A stretch of 32,000 nt of DNA, taken from assembly GCF_000012985.1 (NCBI RefSeq), contig NC_007645.1, positions 3,896,581 to 3,928,580 on the forward strand, read 5' to 3'. The notes under the pieces were generated by a model, which saw only the letters and a list, made by a program, of their open reading frames with translations, was not told the origin of the DNA and made no database searches. Shown piece by piece: positions 7,936-15,803 of this stretch (position 1 is its first letter; each line of letters begins with the position of its first letter). This DNA comes from Hahella chejuensis KCTC 2396. Lineage in GTDB: Bacteria; Pseudomonadota; Gammaproteobacteria; Pseudomonadales; Oleiphilaceae. The position numbers were made by a program, and so were the translations under genes.

Positions 7936-8052
7936 GGGCTCTGAAGAGAGAGTAGTCATTCACGCCAATCTGTACCTTCCCCCTCCTAGGGCTCAAAACA
8001 TAAAGTCTCCCACCTTTAAATCATAAACTTCAACTCACTAGCCATCAAAAGT

Positions 8053-8505
8053 TTAATCAGCACTCATTCCCTTCAGGTGCTCCCTCAGCTTTAGTAAGTG
8101 CTTGCGATAATTTTCAACCACATACACTTCATCTCTATCAAGTTTATTTGTATAAAAGTCCCTCAAATCTACTTCGCATGCATCGATCAATTCTTGATCC
8201 ATTCCTTTGTTTCGGTAATTCTCTATTTTATCTTCAGAAAACGGAAAAAATTTTATATATTCAGACCTTTTTTCGAGAATATCACTCAACGCTAATTCTG
8301 AAAAATTTTTCAGACATTCTTCTAACGCACTTATATATGCATCAGTCACAAATAAACACAGATCTATATTTTCCGAATAATATTTAACATACTCCTCACA
8401 CCCTTTCTCATCTTCATCAAAGTCATATATATACGGGGGAAGATATGAAAGCCTAGAATCCCTTATCTTAACAATCATTTTTTTCACAATATTTTTCAAA
8501 AACAT
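8053..8505 (-). CDS. Hypothetical protein (150 aa), second immunity-position ORF of cassette O2
   Basis: Intact ATG ORF, very AT-rich, same strand as the cassette. I recognise no motif. Confidence 0.5.
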   Translation of the reverse strand: MFLKNIVKKMIVKIRDSRLSYLPPYIYDFDEDEKGCEEYVKYYSENIDLCLFVTDAYISALEECLKNFSELALSDILEKRSEYIKFFPFSEDKIENYRNKGMDQELIDACEVDLRDFYTNKLDRDEVYVVENYRKHLLKLREHLKGMSAD

Positions 8506-8663
8506 AATTTTCCGGAAGAATTTTTTCCAAAATCAACTTATCAGAGACAGGCGAAGTAGTTTTATCCCTCACTTGATCATTTTTACTAAGTAACCAAATA
8601 AAAAACTCCCAATAAAACAGGCTACTTAATAACTGCCATCTAAAGTTACCAAGGGTAAAAAAA

Positions 8664-9503
8664 CTAGCCGCCCATGATCATACGGTTAAGCTCACAGATA
8701 GCACCTTCAACACTAGAGGCTATCTGAAATTTATTCACCGCCCCCCTGAGTGCTTCCTTATTTTCATCTGCGAAAACAAATTTTATTGGACTATCAGGCT
8801 CTATAAACCCCGAAGGATAAAGGCTAATATCATCTCCCCACACATAATCCAGCAATGTCAAATCTACAACGACCATATCCGGTTCAAGTAGAGTACAAAC
8901 CTCTCTAAGGGCCCACTTTATTTTTAATGCATCCTCCTCTCCACCAGAACCATGTCGATACTTTCCGACAATTTTAATGCACACTCCTCTTATTTCCTCC
9001 CCCCAGGACGAGGCCTCATAACTTATATCCGAAATATCAAACGAAACACTCTTAGAATTATTCACTATGTAATCATGCGAAGCACAGTCCACATATATAT
9101 TTTTGAAATATTTTTCAAAAGAAACAGGCAAGTCCTTTACTGCAGCCTCAATAGAATCAGAAACAATTACATTATCGATATTTCCAACCTCTTTACCTGT
9201 AACAATATAGCAGTTTCTTCTCCTCCTTATAAAGCGAGAAAACACATAATCAAATACAATTTCATTGACTTGACTTACTTTACTAACATCAAAAATCATC
9301 ACCTTGCTCTTCATAAGCTCAAAAACCATACATGAAAGCAAGTACAGCATCTTATCAATTATAACTGAGTCATATTTGTCAAAGCGAACTTCTGATATAT
9401 TAACAATTGCCACATCAGCAGTTGATCGAGGCAATTTAAGACACACTATTTCCAGCTCAAAAAAATCTGAAAAGGGTGGAATTGTAATTTTTTTCAGCTT
9501 CAT
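8664..9503 (-). CDS. Hypothetical protein (279 aa), cognate-position immunity ORF of cassette O2
   Basis: ATG start 3 nt after the stop of the O2 toxin reading frame. AT-rich, with no recognisable motif. Confidence 0.6.
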   Translation of the reverse strand: MKLKKITIPPFSDFFELEIVCLKLPRSTADVAIVNISEVRFDKYDSVIIDKMLYLLSCMVFELMKSKVMIFDVSKVSQVNEIVFDYVFSRFIRRRRNCYIVTGKEVGNIDNVIVSDSIEAAVKDLPVSFEKYFKNIYVDCASHDYIVNNSKSVSFDISDISYEASSWGEEIRGVCIKIVGKYRHGSGGEEDALKIKWALREVCTLLEPDMVVVDLTLLDYVWGDDISLYPSGFIEPDSPIKFVFADENKEALRGAVNKFQIASSVEGAICELNRMIMGG

Positions 9504-9506
9504 CTA

Positions 9507-10515
9507 TTATGATTTCCTCGTAATGACATAGTCGCTTTCTTTTTCTCTTTCAATAACTGACTTATTTAGCAATACCGCATCTGCTTTTCGACCGAGTTGA
9601 TTGCTAGTTGTCTCGCTAAATTCGTCTAAAACCTCTTGCAAAACTGGATCTAACTCTTCCATTTTGTCTGGTTTTAAACGTCCATCATCTGTAAAGTATC
9701 TTGCATATCGTCTTTGTAATTTGTCACTGGTAAAAAAGAAGTCTACGTCACTTGCTTTTAGCTCACCACGATCAACCCGATATGCGCCGCCTTTTGAAGA
9801 TACCCCCGTTAACTGCGCTCCCTCTGATTCCAATTTCCACATCATCAATCCCGAGTAAAGCAAGTTTATTTTTAAGATACCCTGATCTTTCCATAAGTTC
9901 GCCAGCATTCCTAAATCCACGAACTTTTTTCCCAGAGACAATGGTTTTTGATTCCCGATACGCTCTTCGCCTTCTTTGCCTATCACAATCTTTAGCCTGA
10001 AGTCCAAACGGATCGACCCACCCCGTGGGGTTCGGCGCATATTGATAGTTGTTGTCTCCCCCCAACAGTCCGACAGGGTCCTGATTGATGAACCGTGCGG
10101 CGCGGGGGTCATAATAACGGCGCCGGTTGTAATGCAGGCCGGTTTCTTCGTCGTAGTATTGGCCCTGGAAGCGCAGTGGGTTTTGTACGTCTTCGACGTC
10201 TTTAAGCGCCAGGTTTCCGTAGGCTTTGTAGCGGGCGGACCAGACGACTTCGCCTTCCGCGTTGGTCATTTCCTGCGGCGTGCCCAGGTGATCCAGATGG
10301 TAGTGGTAGACCTGTTTGTCCTGGATGAACGCCAGCGGGCGGAAGCTGTTGGGTTCGTAGACGTAGACTTTGTTGAGGTGGTTGCGCTGTTCCGAGAGCA
10401 ATACGTCGCCGTTCCACAGGAACTCGGTCTTGCCGAAGGCGTCCTGTTTGGCGATGCGGCGTCCCAGGGCGTCGTAGTCGTAGCAGGATTCCGACGCGCC
10501 CAGGCTCTCTCGCAG
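9507..10515 (-). pseudogene. Orphan Rhs cassette O2: core-end plus nucleotidyltransferase-like toxin, split by a frameshift in a G5/C5 run
   Basis: Track ORFs 9772..10401 and 9507..10112 are two halves of one gene. Removing one C from the C5 run at 9803-9807 joins ..DPFGLQAKDC...IGIRGSAVNG to VSSKGGAYRVDRGELKASDVDFFFTSDKL... This gives a G-S ... D-x-D pattern like Pol-beta-type nucleotidyltransferases, though the spacing is longer than the classic motif. The frame is open upstream to the TAG at 10516-10518. Confidence 0.7.
10000..10515 (-). repeat. Rhs core-end repeat, copy O2
   Basis: Encodes ESCYDYDALGRRIAKQDAFGKTEFLWNGDVLLSEQRNHLNKVYVYEPNSFRPLAFIQDKQVYHYHLDHLGTPQEM...WVDPFGL, almost identical to the main rhs at 16323..16800. 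Confidence 0.9.
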
Positions 10516-10670
10516 CTATCGACCCACTTTGAGGGGTTGCTAGACGCTCAAGTGGAACTGTAACGGGATTGACATAGAGCCTCTGCTTTAATACCGCCTC
10601 TTTCTTTTTTAAAAAGGAAGTGCTAGATAAGACTGAAATATTCACTCTTTTTATACGAAAGATATTTTTT

Positions 10671-12164
10671 CTACATTTCATCAAGCATATTTAGCGCATC
10701 GCAAACTTCTTCCCTTATAACTCTATTGTTAATATTTTTCGCCGCAATCAACCCTTCTTTTGCTATCCTTCCTGCCGGTCTGTCAAGCGTTGCTATCCAG
10801 TGCAGGCAGTCAATACATTTTATATTTATATTAAAATTAAAGTCTCCATTTAATTCATATGGAATATAATTCAAAAGAGAAGTTGTCGCCTGCACCAATA
10901 ATTCGTCATTTATTGGCTCCTCGACAAGATCGGAAATCAGATCAACAACCGCTTCAGGATGAAACTCCTCTTTATAATTATCCAAAATATCGCAGAAATA
11001 TTTCATGTAAATTTGTTTTGGATTCTCTCTGCAAAAATAAAAGAGTCTAGCAACTAGCCCCCAATTCCTGTCGTGAATGGCACTATCAATAAGAGAAGAA
11101 ATTACTTCCTGTGGAGGTGAAGAGATGTCTCTTAGATCATCGAAAGAGCAGCTGGCAATCTGATTCTTAAATTCGAGTTTGTTCATGTTTTTTTTCTTGG
11201 AGTCTATTTTTGTCATTTTAATCGGTTTAAATAATTCCTTTGTTTCTGGGCTCAGGCCATAATTCAAGCTCCCTCTCTCGCTTTTCAGGTGAATATATTT
11301 TTCTTTTTCAGATAATGCATTAGTAAATTCCGGCAAACTGGAAAATTTGCTTAACTCAGGTTGGTTGGGAGCACGAGCGCCATGTTCTTCCAACAGACTT
11401 CTCGTGCCAGCTGGCACTTCCAATTTAATAAGATGGTCGTATTTTTTCTGTGTTTTGGGTTTACTTTTATACATCAGATATAAAGGATAGCTTTTATCTT
11501 GGGTAACAAAGTAGTCTACGCCTCGGGGAACAATATTATTTTCTTTCTGCATTCTTTCCCACTCTTTATCACAAACAGCTCTATAAAAAATTTCGACATC
11601 TGCACACTGCCCTCCGGGCAGACTACTCTCTGCCGTAGGTTGCACTGCTTCAGCCTTAGGACAATCCCCAGGTTTGGCAGTCAACCCATACGGATCGACC
11701 CATCCCGTGGGGTTAAGCGCATATTGATAGTTGTTGTCTCCCCCCAACAGTCCGACAGGGTCCTGGTTGATGAACCGTGCGGCGCTGGGGTCATAATAAC
11801 GGCGCCGGTTGTAATGCAGGCCGGTTTCTTCGTCGTAGTATTGGCCCTGGAAGCGCAGTGGGTTCTGCACGTCTTCGACGTCTTTAAGCGCCAGGTTGCC
11901 GTAAGCTTTGTAGCGGGCGGACCAGACGACTTCGCCTTCCGCGTTGGTCATTTCCTGCGGCGTGCCTAGGTGGTCCAGATGGAAGTGATAGACCTGTTTG
12001 TCCTGGATGAACGCCAGCGGGCGGAAGCTGCTGGGTTCGTAGACGTAGACTTTGTTGAGGTGGTTGCGCTGTTCCGAGAGCAGCACGTCGCCGTTCCACA
12101 GGAACTCGGTCTTGCCGATGCGGCGCCCTAAAGCGCCGTATTGTAAATAAGCCGCTTGATCCAG
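10671..12164 (-). CDS. Orphan Rhs cassette O3: core-end plus unique toxin domain fused in frame to an immunity-like domain
   Basis: The frame is open from the TAA at 12165-12167 to 10671. The core-end ..WVDPYGL is followed by a ~165 aa unique domain (EIFYRAVCDKEWERM...), then ..KIDSKKKN-MNKLEFKNQ... continues into a ~160 aa helical domain with no stop codon. The junction sits on a T8/A8 run at 11188-11195. Relative to the other copies, 18 nt of the core-end are missing near 12110 (..GRRI-GKTEFLW..). Confidence 0.75.
   Translation of the reverse strand: MDQAAYLQYGALGRRIGKTEFLWNGDVLLSEQRNHLNKVYVYEPSSFRPLAFIQDKQVYHFHLDHLGTPQEMTNAEGEVVWSARYKAYGNLALKDVEDVQNPLRFQGQYYDEETGLHYNRRRYYDPSAARFINQDPVGLLGGDNNYQYALNPTGWVDPYGLTAKPGDCPKAEAVQPTAESSLPGGQCADVEIFYRAVCDKEWERMQKENNIVPRGVDYFVTQDKSYPLYLMYKSKPKTQKKYDHLIKLEVPAGTRSLLEEHGARAPNQPELSKFSSLPEFTNALSEKEKYIHLKSERGSLNYGLSPETKELFKPIKMTKIDSKKKNMNKLEFKNQIASCSFDDLRDISSPPQEVISSLIDSAIHDRNWGLVARLFYFCRENPKQIYMKYFCDILDNYKEEFHPEAVVDLISDLVEEPINDELLVQATTSLLNYIPYELNGDFNFNINIKCIDCLHWIATLDRPAGRIAKEGLIAAKNINNRVIREEVCDALNMLDEM
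11683..12164 (-). repeat. Rhs core-end repeat, copy O3
   Basis: Near-identical to 16323..16790 apart from scattered SNPs and an 18-nt internal deletion. Confidence 0.9.
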
Positions 12165-12196
12165 TTATTCGCTACTTCAGCGTCAAGCTCCTAAAC

Positions 12197-12509
12197 CTGC
12201 GGGTCGATGATATCAACCGCGTTACAACCTAGTCAGATCTCGTTTGTGTAGCGTTCATTGTGTGTGTTTTCTAGTGCTATAACGTAGGTAAGGCGTGTAC
12301 TCAAAAGTCTGCGCCTTATAGCCACATTGTGGGCGTGTGGAAAGCCCAAGAGGCTTACTCATCACAGTGATCACGACAGGGTAAAGTACACTGAGCGTTT
12401 GGATGAGGCAGGAATTAGGACCTCTCCTTCTGGTAGCGTAGAAGACTTCTACGACAACGCCTTGCCAGAAATAGTCAACGACTTGTACAAGACAGAAGTC
12501 ATCTACTAA
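12197..12509 (+). pseudogene. IS3-family transposase (OrfB integrase core) remnant
   Basis: Fragments lie in two frames with stops. LRVDDINRVTT*SDLVCVAFIVCVF* resembles W.aDiTYv.T..G..YvAfviDvF. ..LTHHSDHDRVKYTERLDEAGIRTSPSGSVEDFYDNALPEIVNDLYKTEVIY resembles HSDrG.QY.s..YterL.eaGi..S.GsvGdsYDNAlaE..ng.yK.Evi. I saw no inverted repeats. Confidence 0.7.
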
Positions 12510-12593
12510 AACACCACCTGAAAAGGGCTGGATAAACTTCGATCAGCCCTTCTCACTTATGTGAGTGGTTCAACATTTGTCAAAATATTGACA

Positions 12594-12914
12594 TCAATAT
12601 ATATCCTTCCTCTCAATATTTTCTATATCAATCTTCAATAACTCTAAAAAATCAGGCCCATACTGCTCTCCATTAACATGCAATTCTATCTCAACCCCAC
12701 TTTCTTTAAGTTCATTTACCATCTCATAAACCAATCTCAAACCACAGTAAAACTCTGAGGCTTTCAGCCGGACATTACATATAGAGATTTTTCTTTTTAT
12801 TGTTTCCGCGACAGATGAAACAGGGACATCAATATATTTTATAATTATTTTTATGGTTGAAGCCAGATCGTCTTCACTAACGACAAAAACCTCAACATTC
12901 AAATCTTTTTTCAT
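12594..12914 (-). CDS. Hypothetical protein (106 aa), second immunity-position ORF of cassette O4
   Basis: Intact ATG ORF, AT-rich, same strand. No motif recognised. Confidence 0.5.
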   Translation of the reverse strand: MKKDLNVEVFVVSEDDLASTIKIIIKYIDVPVSSVAETIKRKISICNVRLKASEFYCGLRLVYEMVNELKESGVEIELHVNGEQYGPDFLELLKIDIENIERKDIY

Positions 12915-13017
12915 TTAGCTATATGTCCTGCTTTTGCAACCACACCATCTTTTTTCTTCGTATCACAAATTTCCCTGTATAGTTACCTACAATACCTCAG
13001 AAGCACTTTGATTAAAC

Positions 13018-13500
13018 TCAATCTTCATGAGCATCATGGTGCTTATTGTATGCATTAATCACCACACGAACCCAATCATCTATATTGATATCATCCTGAG
13101 TTTCAACTGAACGCAAATATGAGAACATTTGAGAGGATGACGTCATAGCCCAAATTGAAAAAAGACAAGCTTCGTAATCGCCCTCTGTCAAAGAAGGATA
13201 TTCATCTAATATTAGTGACTTAACCTTATCGTTACACCATATACTTTCTAGTATATCTGAAACAAACACATTCCCATTTAAAGCAGCCAGTCCTTGGCGC
13301 ACCACTTCTCCATCTTTCTCTGAGCTTGACCAGTGAAGCTTACTAACCAAGTCGAAGTTAGTTTCTGATGTAGAGCCATGAAGCAAAAGACCCGCTCTTA
13401 TTCTATCTGTTGCTGCCGGCAGCTCCTCTTTATCGATCAGTTTTGTCGAGAGTTCATATAAAATTTTAAGAAGAATTTGTTTCCCGCTACCCTTTCTCAT
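13018..13500 (-). CDS. Hypothetical protein (160 aa), cognate-position immunity ORF of cassette O4; paralog of 1745..2209
   Basis: Its ATG overlaps the toxin stop in a 4-nt ATGA (13497-13500). Full-length similarity to 1745..2209. Confidence 0.7.
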   Translation of the reverse strand: MRKGSGKQILLKILYELSTKLIDKEELPAATDRIRAGLLLHGSTSETNFDLVSKLHWSSSEKDGEVVRQGLAALNGNVFVSDILESIWCNDKVKSLILDEYPSLTEGDYEACLFSIWAMTSSSQMFSYLRSVETQDDINIDDWVRVVINAYNKHHDAHED

Positions 13501-13890
13501 TCTACAGTTACCTTTTTAACTTTTTCATTAAACTCATCCAATAAGTTTATGCCAATACCGAATGCTCCCGGTTCATTATCTTTCGTAAATACTCCGTCAG
13601 GAAAGCCGGCTTCTCCCACATCCATATCCCAATAGTCTTCGGATAGGCTTTCGAGCCACTGAATGGTACCTGGCTCTACAAACATAGTTACTGTTTTCTC
13701 ATGTCCTTTCTTGCTTAAGCTTTCTTGCTTATTCTTGACAGATACCCATTTTGCGCCTCTGCTGCCATGTTTTGGAACTAAACCTTTAGCTTCCATCATC
13801 TGAGCTGCTTCATCCTGATTTGTGCGCCTTACAATAGTCTCATACGAGTCTTTATCTTTCTTTTTCTTCTTCGGGCAATCTTTCGACTTA
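13497..13890 (-). pseudogene. 3' part of the cassette O4 toxin domain, separated from its Rhs core-end by the IS insertion
   Basis: The frame is open from the IS boundary: SKDCPKKKKKDKDSYETIVRRTNQDEAAQMMEAKGLVPKHGSRGAKWVSV...KVTVE*. It lies in the same frame as ..DPLGLMAK at 14856-14880 once the IS and one TTA copy are removed. Confidence 0.8.
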
Positions 13891-14856
13891 GTAACTATCT
13901 CATAACCTCATTGACGCCCCTGTAGCCGCCACATCCGCCGAAACCATAACAGACCACATGCCAATTGCAGCAATCCCAGATAGTTGCTGTCCTTTTTGTC
14001 ATAGCGAATCAGTAACGCACGGCACTTAGACAGCCAACCAAACGTGCGCTCCACTACCCAACGCCGGGGCTTTCCACTTGGATGACGGTCCGCTGGCTGC
14101 GCCTCCTCGCCAATTCGGCAGATATGCGGTATGTAGTCATGCCGGGCTGCCACGTCTTCGCTCGCCACATTGTCATACCCCTTATCCAGGCATAAATGCT
14201 GCCGCGCCTCCACCGTTGGAGCCGGACGCTCTACCACAATCGACTCCAGCGTCGCTTCCAGCAGCTTATGGTCGTTGACATTGGCTCCGGCGATGACGAG
14301 TCCCAAGGGGCCTCCCTCGGCTTCCACCAGCAGGCTTTTCTTGGTTCCCTTCTTGCCTCGGTCTGTCGGGTTCGGCCCCACATTCTCCCCCCCCAAAGCG
14401 GGCTTTCCCCAGCCAGCCGTCCGCACTTTGCCATTCCCAGTCCACCCCTTCCAGTTCCTGGCAGTCTCGCAATAGACTCGCCCAGATCTTCTCCATCACG
14501 CCGTTTTTACTCCAGCGCTGAAACCAGCGATGGACCGTGGCGTCATCCCCAAATCGGCGGGGCAACTGGTTCCACTGACAGCCTGAACGCATCCGAAAAA
14601 TAATCCCGTTCAAATAGCCCCTCCAGTTGCCGATGGGGCGGCCACCCTTGGCGCTGGGTTGCCAGTCTTCTTTTAAAATGGGTTCGATTCGTAGCCATAG
14701 CTCGTCCGGTACTTCCCATAGAGTGTCCAGGGGTTTCGATTTACTGGACGGGGCGCTTGAGTCCTTTTGTGACATGACGTTTCCTTATCAGAGAAGTGGC
14801 GCCTCAGTGAACCGGCAAAGGTTAAAAAATTCAAGTGGGGGTTATGAGATAGTTAC
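13891..14856 (-). mobile_element. IS5-family insertion sequence (IS1031/IS427-like), 966 bp, with 17-bp terminal inverted repeats and a 3-bp TTA target duplication
   Basis: The left end GTAACTATCTCATAACC (13891-13907) is the exact reverse complement of GGTTATGAGATAGTTAC (14840-14856). TTA flanks both ends (13888-13890 and 14857-14859). The element carries a two-frame DDE transposase. Confidence 0.9.
13908..14775 (-). CDS. IS5-family DDE transposase in two overlapping frames (orfA 14266..14775, orfB 13908..14426)
   Basis: orfA contains ..CQWNQLPRRFGDDATVHRWFQRW... orfB contains ..GPNPTDRGKKGTK...LDKGYD...WVVERTFGWLSKCRALLIRYDKK. The frames meet at a C8/G8 run (14387-14394). One G fewer would give a continuous ..GKARFGGENVGPNPTDRGK.. 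protein. Confidence 0.85.
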
Positions 14857-15374
14857 TTAGCCATTAGACCCAAAGGATCCACCCACTCTATGGGATTCAG
14901 CACATATTCGTAGTTGCTCTCACCTCCCAGTAACCCTGCAGGGTCCTGGTTGATGAACCGTGCGGCGCTGGGGTCATAATAACGGTGCCGGTTGTAATGC
15001 AGGCCGGTTTCTTCGTCGTAGTATTGGCCCTGGAAGCGCAGTGGGTTCTGTACGTCTTCGACGTCTTTCAGCGCCAGGTTGCCGTAGGCTTTGTAGCGGG
15101 CGGACCAGACGACTTCGCCTTCCGCGTTTGTCATTTCCTGCGGCGTGCCCAGGTGATCCAGATGGTAGTGGTAGACCTGTTTGTCCTGGATGAACGCCAG
15201 CGGACGGAAACTGTTGGGTTCGTAGACGTAGACTTTGTTGAGGTGGTTGCGCTGTTCCGAGAGCAGCACGTCGCCGTTCCAGAGGATCTCGGTCTTGCCG
15301 AAGGCGTCCTGTTTGGCGATGCGGCGTCCCAGGGCGTCATAGTCGTAGCAGGATTCCGACGCGCCCAGGCTCTC
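14853..15374 (-). pseudogene. Orphan Rhs cassette O4, 5' part: core-end truncated by the IS insertion (the stop codon is supplied by the IS terminus)
   Basis: ..ESCYDYDALGRRIAKQDAFGKTEILWNGDVLLSEQRNHL...GGESNYEYVLNPIEWVDPLGLMAK*. The TAA at 14853-14855 lies inside the IS inverted repeat. The frame is closed upstream by the TGA at 15375-15377. Confidence 0.85.
14865..15374 (-). repeat. Rhs core-end repeat, copy O4
   Basis: Near-identical to 16323..16800, except that the last ~60 nt before DPLGL have diverged. Confidence 0.9.
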
Positions 15375-15469
15375 TCACAGCTATCAACTCACTTTGAAGG
15401 ACAACTAGACGCACACATTGATCTGTTACTTAAATGACCCAGAGCTTCCCCCTCCCTGCCCTATTAGAG

Positions 15470-15793
15470 TTAAATCTTCTTAATAAGAGAGTTAATTTCT
15501 TTTTTTAAACTTTCAAGAAGTTTCTTTTTCTCTTCACCATCTACATTCAATGAACATATTTCATACACTATACTTCTTGCTTTAGAGTATACATGACTGG
15601 GAGTAATAGGTTTTTTAAAATTTTTAAAAACCTCTCGCTCCTCTTCAGTAAGGCTAATTTGGACGCTTGTCGGCATCATCACGAGATTGTTTTCTTTAAT
15701 ATCTATCTGATGCGCAAAGAATGTGATGCGAGCACGACCAACTTCTGTGTAAAGAGCTCCACCATGTTCTTGGAAAATGCACAACTGTTTCAT
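15470..15793 (-). CDS. Hypothetical protein (107 aa), cognate-position immunity protein of the main Rhs toxin
   Basis: ATG start 10 nt after the rhs stop codon, same strand, AT-rich. No motif recognised. Confidence 0.65.
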   Translation of the reverse strand: MKQLCIFQEHGGALYTEVGRARITFFAHQIDIKENNLVMMPTSVQISLTEEEREVFKNFKKPITPSHVYSKARSIVYEICSLNVDGEEKKKLLESLKKEINSLIKKI

Positions 15794-15803
15794 ATAGTTT
15801 TGT

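Noticed and set aside
9507-10401. Treating 9772..10401 and 9507..10112 as two separate overlapping genes
   Set aside because: The 5' half of 9507..10112 and the 3' tail of 9772..10401 are junk-like. The meaningful parts join at a C5 run, so a single frameshifted gene explains both.
12327-12509. ORF of 60 aa as a functional small gene
   Set aside because: It is the C-terminal piece of a degraded IS3-family transposase. It has a non-ATG start, deletions within conserved motifs, and upstream fragments in another frame with stops.
7503-15437. A recurring, apparently conserved plus-strand ORF family (7503..7955, 9976..10563, 11499..11969, 14985..15437, plus the 74-77 aa MRRWGHNNGAGCNAGRF.. ORFs)
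   Set aside because: Their conservation is a by-product of being antisense to the five copies of the Rhs core-end repeat. They have no independent start/RBS context or protein-like composition.
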